A DNA stretch of 20,000 nt from an uncultured Methanosarcinales archaeon. GTDB lineage: Archaea > Nanobdellota > Nanobdellia > Woesearchaeales > CAYPCY01. The position numbers were made by a program, and so were the translations under genes. Below the pieces are notes generated by a model that was given only the letters and a program-made list of their open reading frames with translations, did no database searches and was not told the DNA's origin. Of this stretch, positions 1-6,729 are shown one piece after another. The first letter of the stretch is position 1. The number at the start of each line of letters is the position of its first letter. The stretch spans positions 187,960 to 207,959 of the forward strand of contig CAYPCY010000002.1 of assembly GCA_964409385.1 (NCBI GenBank). Direction: 5' to 3'.

Positions 1-715
1 GATTATGGCAGTTTATTATTGAACTTGTTTGTTTATTGCATAATGAACATTTTATTTCTCCAAAGTTCAGTCTGTTATCAAATACGAAACAACCTCCTTT
101 AAAGTGTGTGTTTGGAAAGTTATTCACATAATTTATTATTCCTCCTTCTAGTTGGTTTACATTTGTAAATCCTTTTTCTTTTAGGTAGGCTGATGATTTT
201 TCGCATCTTACTCCTCCTGTGCAGTACATTATTATTTTTTTATTCTTGAAAGAATTTAATTTTTTATATTTCTCTGGAAATTCTCTGAAATTGTTTATGT
301 TTAAAGAAATGGCATTTTTGAACTTTCCAACGTTTACTTCATAATCATTTCTTGCGTCTAGTAAGATTACTTCTTCTTTATTGTCTAGGGTTTTTTGTAG
401 TTCTTCAGGACTTATGTGTTTTCCTGCATTCCTTAAATCCACTTTTTCCCCGAAATTTACTATTTCTTTTCTTGTTCTAACGACTAGTTTTGAATAGACT
501 TGTTTTTCACATTCTTGTTCTCTGAATGTTAAGCCCGGAAATTCTCCAACTAAAAATTCTTTAAATTTTTCAATATTGCCTGAACAAGCCCCGTTTATTC
601 CTTCCTTGCCTATTAGTATTCTTCCCTTAATAGAGTTACATTTCTCTCTAATTCTTTCTTTCAAAAGTTCAGGATTTTTTATCCTTGTATATTTATAGAA
701 TGATATTACCTTCAT
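1..715 (-). CDS. trhO: Rhodanese-related UPF0176/YceA (TrhO-like tRNA U34 hydroxylase) family protein, 3' end outside window
   Basis: Hand-translated; not in the ORF track. ATG at 715-713 overlaps the ahpC stop (ATGA). Reads MKVISFYKY...KGRILIGKEGING...LLDARNDYEVNVGKFKNA...MYCTGGVRCEK...QLEGGIINY...FKGGCFVFDNR...CSLC...NCHN and stays open to position 1. These are YceA/TrhO family motifs. Confidence 0.88.
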   Translation of the reverse strand, partial: MKVISFYKYTRIKNPELLKERIREKCNSIKGRILIGKEGINGACSGNIEKFKEFLVGEFPGLTFREQECEKQVYSKLVVRTRKEIVNFGEKVDLRNAGKHISPEELQKTLDNKEEVILLDARNDYEVNVGKFKNAISLNINNFREFPEKYKKLNSFKNKKIIMYCTGGVRCEKSSAYLKEKGFTNVNQLEGGIINYVNNFPNTHFKGGCFVFDNRLNFGEIKCSLCNKQTSSIINCHN

Positions 716-1272
716 ATTTTTCCTACAAGGTCTAGTCCTGGCTTTAGTGTTTTCTCTCCTGGCTTCCAGTTTACTGGGCATACTTCACTACCGTGTTCTT
801 TCACATACTGTGCAGCTTGTATTTTTCTTACGAGTTCTTTAATGTTTCTTCCTATTGAATTATCGTGTAGTTCGTATGCTTTTAGTATTCCGTCAGGGTC
901 TATAATGAAGGTTCCTCTTAGTGATAGGCCTTCACCTTCAATCAATGTTCCATAACTAGAACAAATTTTTGCTGTAGGGTCTGCTACCATTGGGAATTTT
1001 ATTTTCTTTATGGTTTCTGAATTATCATGCCATGCTTTATGAACAAATGCAGTGTCTGTTGATACACTTAGTACTTCAGTATTTAGTTTTTGTAATTCTT
1101 CATAATGGTCTGCTAGTTCTCCTAGTTCTGTAGGGCAGATGAAAGTAAAATCTGCAGGATAAAAAAATAAGACAACCCATTTTCCTTTATAATCTGCTAA
1201 TTTTATTTTTTCTACTTTGTTATTATGAAATGCTTCAGTTTCAAAATTTGGAGCTTCTTGTCCTATTTTCAT
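712..1272 (-). CDS. ahpC: Typical 2-Cys peroxiredoxin (alkyl hydroperoxide reductase C)
   Basis: FFYPADFTFICPTE peroxidatic motif, GEGLSLRGTFIIDPDG, and EVCPVNW resolving Cys. SD-like AAGGTGAT upstream on the minus strand (1278-1285). Confidence 0.96.
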   Translation of the reverse strand: MKIGQEAPNFETEAFHNNKVEKIKLADYKGKWVVLFFYPADFTFICPTELGELADHYEELQKLNTEVLSVSTDTAFVHKAWHDNSETIKKIKFPMVADPTAKICSSYGTLIEGEGLSLRGTFIIDPDGILKAYELHDNSIGRNIKELVRKIQAAQYVKEHGSEVCPVNWKPGEKTLKPGLDLVGKI

Positions 1273-1304
1273 ATTATATCACCTTCTAAATATTCTTATT
1301 TAGG

Positions 1305-1334
1305 GGTTCCAGAAATCTGTGATTTCTAAGAACC
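1305..1334. repeat. Intergenic inverted repeat/hairpin GGTTC-C-AGAAATC-TGT-GATTTCT-AA-GAACC
   Basis: Perfect 7-bp inner stem (1311-1317/1321-1327) plus a 5-bp outer stem (1305-1309/1330-1334), read directly. Confidence 0.75.
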
Positions 1335-1372
1335 TTATTTTATTTTGAATTGTTAAGAATTTAAAACTTTTT

Positions 1373-2101
1373 TCATACTAAGTAAATTATTATCATTCCT
1401 AGTATTATTGCCAGGAAATGAAGTATTGATTTCTTGAATTCTTTTTCTTTCTGTAATTCAGGAATTAAGTTTGATCCTGCTATGTAGATGAAACCTCCTG
1501 CTGCTACTGGTATCATGTAATCTACGAAACTTTCAGAATTCACTCCTATATAGAATGCGACTACAGCCCCAATAATGGCAAAAGATGCTGATATGAAGTT
1601 GAACAATAATGCTTTTTTCCTTGTATACCCAGCGTATATTAACACTCCAAAATCTGCTATTTCTTGTGGTATTTCATGTATGATTACTGCGATTGTTGTT
1701 GTTATTCCTAGTGAGAAATCTACTAGGTAGCTTACTGCTATTATTATCCCATCTAAGAAATTGTGTATTCCATCAGCGACTAGGTTCATTGGGGCAAGGT
1801 GTGCAGTACTAGTTTTGCCTGGTAAGTGTTCGTGATGCATGTGTACGAACTTTTCTAAAAGATAAAATATTACTACTCCTAATAGTATTAATAGGGATAC
1901 ATCAACTCCGAATCCTATCTTTTCAAAAGTTTCTGGTAGTAAGTGTAAGAATGCTGCTGCAAATAGTGTTCCTGTGGATAAGCCGACAAAAAACAACAAG
2001 TATTTCTTTAATGTCTCTATCTTTATTGAAAGACTGAATAATCCGATGAAAGAAACTAAGGATACTATTACTACACTAATTATTGTTTCTATAAACGCCA
2101 T
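1373..2101 (-). CDS. ZIP (ZupT/SLC39) family divalent metal transporter
   Basis: Multiple TM helices, HLLPE motif, His-rich loop HMHHEH, DGIHNFLDG and HEIPQEIADF signature motifs. Confidence 0.95.
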   Translation of the reverse strand: MAFIETIISVVIVSLVSFIGLFSLSIKIETLKKYLLFFVGLSTGTLFAAAFLHLLPETFEKIGFGVDVSLLILLGVVIFYLLEKFVHMHHEHLPGKTSTAHLAPMNLVADGIHNFLDGIIIAVSYLVDFSLGITTTIAVIIHEIPQEIADFGVLIYAGYTRKKALLFNFISASFAIIGAVVAFYIGVNSESFVDYMIPVAAGGFIYIAGSNLIPELQKEKEFKKSILHFLAIILGMIIIYLV

Positions 2102-2132
2102 TATTATTTTCGAGAATTAAGTTGTTTTTATA

Positions 2133-2237
2133 TGTTTCTAAAATCGAAGATTTTTGACTCTCAGAATCGCTTTGTGATTCTTTTGTTTCTAAATTTGAAG
2201 CCAAGAAATATTTGATTTCTTCTGTTTCTAAAATTTG
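2133..2237. repeat. Intergenic cluster of three short hairpins interleaved with three TGTTTCTAAA(A)T direct repeats
   Basis: Hairpins AAAATC-GAA-GATTTT (2140-2154), AGAATCGC-TTT-GTGATTCT (2163-2181) and AAGAAAT-ATTTG-ATTTCTT (2203-2221). Direct repeats start at 2133, 2184 and 2223. Confidence 0.7.
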
Positions 2238-2319
2238 TTAATTTTCCGAAAAACAACAGTTTAGATTTATTAAAGATTGTTTCTTTTAGATTGGATAATG
2301 TTGAAAGAAAACAAAAACA

Positions 2320-2345
2320 TTTAAATATTTTAACATATTTATGTT
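2320..2345 (+). promoter_or_regulatory. TATA box plus palindromic putative operator of the vapBC-like operon
   Basis: TTTAAATA at 2320-2327 after an A-rich BRE-like run. AACATA-TT-TATGTT inverted repeat at 2332-2345, just before ATG 2351. Confidence 0.6.
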
Positions 2346-2350
2346 TTTTT

Positions 2351-2593
2351 ATGGTAAGTATAACAGTTTCTGTTCCTTCAGAAACAAAGGAATTAATGAA
2401 ACATTTTGAGGAAATGAACTGGTCTGGTTTCGTAAAAAAGTCAATAGAAGAGAAAACTAAACAATTAAGAAAGATTGAAGCATTAAAAAAACAATTATCA
2501 GATGAGAAAAAAATGGATGATTGGGCAATTAGACTTCAGAGAACTTCAAGAAGTGGTAGGATTGAAGAATTAAAGAAAAAAGGATTATTATGA
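2351..2593 (+). CDS. Putative RHH/CopG-type antitoxin (VapB-like)
   Basis: Likely start is ATG 2351 (MVSITVSVPSETKELMKHFEEMNWSGFVKKSIEEK), a beta-strand plus helices RHH pattern. ATGA overlap with the downstream PIN gene. The ORF-track TTG start at 2291 lies upstream of the TATA box. Confidence 0.75.
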   Translation: MVSITVSVPSETKELMKHFEEMNWSGFVKKSIEEKTKQLRKIEALKKQLSDEKKMDDWAIRLQRTSRSGRIEELKKKGLL

Positions 2594-3015
2594 GAATAAT
2601 TGTAGATACTAATATTTTATTTTCTTTTTTCTGGAAAAAATCAATTTTAAAAGAATTATTAAACAATCCAAGTTTAGAATTATTTTCTCCAGAATTCGCA
2701 TTGGAAGAAATTAAGAAATATAAGAATGAAATAATAAAAAAAACAAAAATTTCTGAAGATGAATTTAATAGATTAAGGAAGGAATTAGCAGTATTAGTTG
2801 ATTTTTTATCTTTAGAAGAATATCATGAATTCTTGAAAAAAGCAATACTTATTTGTCCTGATCCTAATGATATTGATTTTTTTGCATTGGCCTTAAAGTT
2901 AGAAACTACGCTCTGGTCCAATGATTTACGATTGAAAAAACAAGAAGTAATAAATGTAATGACTACTAAAGATTTGTTGAATAATTTTGAATTTTTAGAT
3001 TATTTAGAAAAATAG
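2590..3015 (+). CDS. vapC: PIN-domain ribonuclease toxin (VapC-like)
   Basis: N-terminal IIVDTNIL, EEI, DPNDIDFFALAL and LWSND acidic PIN motifs. Confidence 0.9.
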   Translation: MRIIVDTNILFSFFWKKSILKELLNNPSLELFSPEFALEEIKKYKNEIIKKTKISEDEFNRLRKELAVLVDFLSLEEYHEFLKKAILICPDPNDIDFFALALKLETTLWSNDLRLKKQEVINVMTTKDLLNNFEFLDYLEK

Positions 3016-3092
3016 AAAATTATTAGTTAACTGTATTTTTCCCTGTTTCTTTAACAAAAAATTTATAAGCATTCTTTTACTGCACTAAAACA

Positions 3093-4802
3093 ATGGATAA
3101 GATCCCTAAAGACATGCAAAAAAAATTTGAAGTTTTACAGAAAAAGGTTGATAAGTTCAAGGATAAAATTCTTTCTAAATTCTCTGATAATATTGTGGGT
3201 ATTAATCTCTTACCTCCTGATAAGGATAATAAGGATTCTATAAGAGTTCTTGTTTTACTGGATGATACTGATAGTAAGAAAATGTCCAAGGAGGAAATTA
3301 AAGAAAAATCTTCTAAAGTAATTAATAATATTGCCGAGTCCTTAGACAAGAACTTAAAACCTGATACTATGCTTCTTTCAGAATTATGGCAGGCTTGTTA
3401 TGATGGAAAGAATGAAGTATTGCAGAGTATTGCCTTATCTCATATTATTTATGAGAAGGGTATGATGTCTGCTATTAAGATTTCTGAAATTCATAAGAGT
3501 ATGGTCTTGAAAAAGTTCGAGAAGTATATTGTTGCTTATGTTCTTGTTGGTTCTTTAGCTCAGGGAAGGGCAACTAGTGAGTCTGATATTGATGTTAGTA
3601 TTATTATTGATGATACTGATGTTAAGAGGATGACTAGGGCGGAATTAAAGGATAAGCTTAGGATGATTATTCTTCAAATGGGTTTTGAAGCTGGTGAGAT
3701 TACTGGTATTAAGAACAAGCTTAACATTCAAGTTTACATTCTTACTGACTTTTGGGATTTCATGAAAGAAGCAAACCCTGTGATTTTTACTTTCTTAAGG
3801 GATGGTATTCCTTTCTATGACAGGGGTATTTTCATGCCTTGGAAGAACCTTCTTAAAATGGGGCGTGTAAAGCCCAGTCCTGAATCTATTGATATGCTCA
3901 TGCATTCTGGAGAGCAATTTCTTGAAAGGGCTGAATTTAAGGTTAAGGATATTGGTATGGAAGATACTTTCTGGGCGATACTTACTCCTTCACAGGCTGC
4001 TTTGATGATGTATGGTATTCCACCACCAACTCCTAAGGAGACTCCTGATTTGATGAGGGAGGTTTTTGTTAGCAGAAAATTATTAGAAGAAAAATATGTT
4101 AAGATTCTGGAAAAGAACATTCAAGTAAGGAAAGATTTAGAGCATGGTTCTAGAAAATCAATAAGCGGAAAGGAAGTTGATGAATTATTAAATAATGCAA
4201 AGGAATATTTAGACAGGATAAAGAAATTATTCACTACTATTGGAAAAACTAAAGAGCAAGATAGTATTTCTGAACAGTTTGAAACTGTAGTTTCAGTAGC
4301 TAGGGAGGCTTTAAAGATTGAAGGAGTTAAAGGAAAAATTCCTGAAGCTAACATTACTAAAAAGTTTGATGAAGACTTAATACAGAGAGGCAAACTTCCT
4401 GATAAGTTTTTAAGAATATTAAAAGAATTAATTAAACTAAAGTCTAAAAAGTCATTTTCAAAGTCTGAATCTCATAATATTGAGAAGAAATCAAGGGAGT
4501 TTATTAGGGCTATTATTGAATATTCCCAAAGAAAAACTTCTAGGAGTTTAGATTCTTCTAAGATTCGTGTTGTTTATGATGATCAACCGGGCGAAATAGT
4601 TTTCACAAAAAATACTGTTTTTTTAGTTAAAGGAAAAGAAATTAAGAAAACAACTTATTCTTTTTCCTCATTAGAAAATTCTTCACAGAAAGAGTTTAAT
4701 GAAGCAATAAAAGAATTGGCAATGTCTAAAGTTGCCTTGAATCAAAAACTTTTTAAGCTTGTAAGAGATTTTTTTGGTTCAGGGGTTGAAGTTAGATTAT
4801 GA
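3093..4802 (+). CDS. Fusion of tandem minimal nucleotidyltransferase (Pol-beta superfamily) domains and HEPN-like domains
   Basis: GSLAQGRATSESDID = GS-X10-DXD (3549-3593). A degenerate N-terminal copy is present (VLLDDTDSKKMSKEEIKEK vs IIIDDTDVKRMTRAELKDK). HEPN-like helices carry RKDLEH = RX4H (4128-4145). TATA TTTATAA at 3062. Confidence 0.8.
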   Translation: MDKIPKDMQKKFEVLQKKVDKFKDKILSKFSDNIVGINLLPPDKDNKDSIRVLVLLDDTDSKKMSKEEIKEKSSKVINNIAESLDKNLKPDTMLLSELWQACYDGKNEVLQSIALSHIIYEKGMMSAIKISEIHKSMVLKKFEKYIVAYVLVGSLAQGRATSESDIDVSIIIDDTDVKRMTRAELKDKLRMIILQMGFEAGEITGIKNKLNIQVYILTDFWDFMKEANPVIFTFLRDGIPFYDRGIFMPWKNLLKMGRVKPSPESIDMLMHSGEQFLERAEFKVKDIGMEDTFWAILTPSQAALMMYGIPPPTPKETPDLMREVFVSRKLLEEKYVKILEKNIQVRKDLEHGSRKSISGKEVDELLNNAKEYLDRIKKLFTTIGKTKEQDSISEQFETVVSVAREALKIEGVKGKIPEANITKKFDEDLIQRGKLPDKFLRILKELIKLKSKKSFSKSESHNIEKKSREFIRAIIEYSQRKTSRSLDSSKIRVVYDDQPGEIVFTKNTVFLVKGKEIKKTTYSFSSLENSSQKEFNEAIKELAMSKVALNQKLFKLVRDFFGSGVEVRL

Positions 4803-5332
4803 AGACAGGAATTACTTGCGCTGATGCCATGACTACAGAACCAGTTAATATTAGAGAATCTGCTCTAATTCCTGATTGTGCTTCTTTAATGAAGGAGAAA
4901 CATGTTGGTGCTTTGTTAGTCGTTGAGAATAAGAGATTAAAGGGTATAATTACGGAGCAGGACATTGTTAGAAGAGTGGTTGCTGAAGGTTTAAACCCTA
5001 AAGAGACTATTGCAAAGGATATTCTTTCCAGTAATATTTATTCTATTCCTCCCGGAGAGGATATTTTTGAGGCTTTACTGATCATGAAAGATGAGAATAT
5101 TAGACATGTTACTGTTATGGAAGGAGATAAACTTCTTGGTTTATTAACTGGTAAGGATATTTTGAAGATTGAACCTCAATTGTTTGAATTACTTGCTGAA
5201 AAGATTGAATTAAGAGAGGCTTCTAGGAAACCATTAGGTATTTCAGAGGGTAATTGTGAAGATTGTGGTGAATTTGGTGAAAAATTATATTTTATGACTA
5301 ATAAAGCACTTTGTAAGGCTTGTATTAGTTAA
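4799..5332 (+). CDS. CBS-pair protein with C-terminal Zn ribbon
   Basis: Two CBS motifs (HVGALLVVENKRLKGIITEQDI; NIRHVTVMEGDKLLGLLTGKDI) and C-terminal CEDC...CKAC. ATGA overlap with the upstream gene. Confidence 0.9.
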   Translation: MKTGITCADAMTTEPVNIRESALIPDCASLMKEKHVGALLVVENKRLKGIITEQDIVRRVVAEGLNPKETIAKDILSSNIYSIPPGEDIFEALLIMKDENIRHVTVMEGDKLLGLLTGKDILKIEPQLFELLAEKIELREASRKPLGISEGNCEDCGEFGEKLYFMTNKALCKACIS

Positions 5333-5373
5333 ATAATTAAATTTATAAAAGAAAAGTTTTTTTAAAGTTTAAA

Positions 5374-5562
5374 ATGGGAAGGATAAAAACACAACTTGTA
5401 AAGAGAGTCTCTGCAGATTTAATTGCTGATAATCCTGGCAAGTTCACTACAGTTTTTGATAAGAATAAGGATTTACTTAAAGAAACTGCGGATATTCCTA
5501 GTAAGAAGATTAGAAATTTAATTGCAGGTTCAATAACTGGTTTAGTAAAGAAACATGAGTGA
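5374..5562 (+). CDS. rps17e: 30S ribosomal protein S17e (eS17)
   Basis: MGRIKTQLVKR...FTTVFDKNK...SKKIRNLIAGSIT matches the S17e signature. TATA TTTATAAA at 5342. Confidence 0.95.
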   Translation: MGRIKTQLVKRVSADLIADNPGKFTTVFDKNKDLLKETADIPSKKIRNLIAGSITGLVKKHE

Positions 5563-5833
5563 TAATACTATCTTCATTTGGAACAAGCCTTTCATGAATT
5601 ATGTTACTGCTGTTGTTATGCAGTTTACGACAAAAGAGGCTAAGGAAGTAATTATTAAGGCCAGGGGAAAGTTTATTTCTAGAGCAGTTGATGTTTCTGA
5701 AGTTGCCACTAAGAGGTTTTTAACTGATCAGATTGAAATTAGTAAGATTTCTATAGATAGTGAAGAGTTTAAGAATAAGGAAGATAAGGAAGTTCGGGTT
5801 TCTACTATTGAAATAGTTCTTAAGAAGAAATAA
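5555..5833 (+). CDS. albA: DNA/RNA-binding protein Alba
   Basis: KPFMNYV, EVIIKARGKFISRAVDVSE and VSTIEIVL motifs. Confidence 0.95.
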   Translation: MSDNTIFIWNKPFMNYVTAVVMQFTTKEAKEVIIKARGKFISRAVDVSEVATKRFLTDQIEISKISIDSEEFKNKEDKEVRVSTIEIVLKKK

Positions 5834-5879
5834 ACCACCCAATAAATTTATATTCTAATTATTTATTTTAATTTATTAC

Positions 5880-5951
5880 GGGTCTGTAGTATAATGGATA
5901 GAACAAGTGGCTTCGGACCACTAGATCCCGGTTCGAATCCGGGCAGACTCA
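5880..5951 (+). tRNA. tRNA-Arg (anticodon TCG), intronless, CCA not encoded
   Basis: Acceptor stem GGGTCTG/CAGACTC, D-loop with GG-A20, anticodon arm AGTGG-CTTCGGA-CCACT, T-arm CCCGG-TTCGAAT-CCGGG, discriminator A. TATA-like TTTATAT at 5847. Confidence 0.95.
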
Positions 5952-5954
5952 TTA

Positions 5955-5962
5955 TTTTTTTT
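5955..5962 (+). terminator. Oligo-T archaeal terminator after the tRNA
   Basis: T8 tract starting 4 nt after the discriminator base. Confidence 0.55.
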
Positions 5963-5968
5963 ATTTAG

Positions 5969-6054
5969 TTTTGGATTCGGACTTGTTGTTCAAAATCTTT
6001 TTTTTTGTGATTTTGTAACTTCAGAATTGTTTTGATTCTGTAATGAATCCGGAA
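5969..6054. repeat. Branched inverted-repeat element: outer stem enclosing two hairpins
   Basis: GGATTC (5973-5978)/GAATCC (6045-6050) encloses CAAAATC..GATTTTG (5991-6015) and CAGAAT..ATTCTG (6022-6040). Similar in sequence to 2140-2181. Confidence 0.65.
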
Positions 6055-6058
6055 GGGG

Positions 6059-6295
6059 TCATAACCTATCAAATTCTTCAACTAGTTTATTTTGTATTCT
6101 TTCGTATTTTCTTATTTTTAGAGGAATATAAATTTTGGAGTGAAAGTATTTAATTACTGAAAATCCGGGTTTTAACCTTTCTTGTTCTTCTTTTAATAAG
6201 CAAATTCTTGCACTCACATCCAATATTCTGTCCTCTAGAACTTCTTCTTCCTTACTGAATTGTCTTGTAGGTAATAAAAATAATAAGTGTAGCAT
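6059..6295 (-). CDS. Hypothetical protein (78 aa)
   Basis: ORF fills the gap, with a TATA-like TTTTAAAA at 6316-6323 about 28 nt upstream. No recognisable motif. Confidence 0.5.
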   Translation of the reverse strand: MLHLLFLLPTRQFSKEEEVLEDRILDVSARICLLKEEQERLKPGFSVIKYFHSKIYIPLKIRKYERIQNKLVEEFDRL

Positions 6296-6365
6296 AGTGT
6301 TAGTTAGAAATTAAGTTTTAAAACTCTTTGGGAAGATTTAATAACTTCTTAAGATTCCTTTCTTC

Positions 6366-6686
6366 ATGGAACTTTCTGATTTACTGCTTGATATTGAAAC
6401 TCCTAAATTGGCTATTATTGGTACTACTGGTGTTATTACTGGCGTTTTATCTAATTATTTAAAGTTTGATAGGGTTCTTAAGAAGAATAAGTTTTTTACT
6501 AAGGATAAACATTTAGATAGTGAATTGATAAAGGCTTCAATTGCTTTTATTGGTGGTTTTGGAGCTACTGAATTATCTGAAGGTAATATTTATTCTAATG
6601 TTGGAGAAATGACTGTTTATAGTTTGGCGTTTAGGACTGGTTTTGAATTGGGTGATAGAATTTACAAATCAGTAAGAAAACGGTAG
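6366..6686 (+). CDS. Hypothetical small membrane-associated protein
   Basis: Gly-rich hydrophobic segments (LAIIGTTGVITGVLS; ASIAFIGGFGA). TTTAATAA at 6337. Confidence 0.7.
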   Translation: MELSDLLLDIETPKLAIIGTTGVITGVLSNYLKFDRVLKKNKFFTKDKHLDSELIKASIAFIGGFGATELSEGNIYSNVGEMTVYSLAFRTGFELGDRIYKSVRKR

Positions 6687-6729
6687 ATTTTTCTATTTTA
6701 ATTTTCTGAATGAAACTAAAATAATTTTA

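Noticed and set aside
2133..2284. Possible CRISPR array
   Set aside because: Repeats are only ~10-14 bp, imperfect and irregularly spaced, and there are no cas genes in the window.
2291..2350. ORF-track N-terminal extension of the antitoxin (TTG start)
   Set aside because: It spans the TATA box and operator, and the RHH domain begins at ATG 2351.
3077..4393. Minus-strand ORFs 3077-3349, 3815-4120 and 4121-4393
   Set aside because: Antisense shadows of the well-supported NTase-HEPN gene with no motifs.
3093..4802. CCA-adding enzyme or cGAS-like CD-NTase assignment
   Set aside because: The visible architecture is duplicated minimal NTase plus HEPN-like helices. I see no CCA-enzyme body/tail features or CBASS-type neighbours. 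An HMM search is needed to exclude this fully.
6045..6052. GAATCCGG matching the tRNA T-arm (5936-5943) as a possible att site
   Set aside because: Only 8 bp, ~110 nt from the tRNA, already explained by the hairpin outer stem, and no integrase is present.
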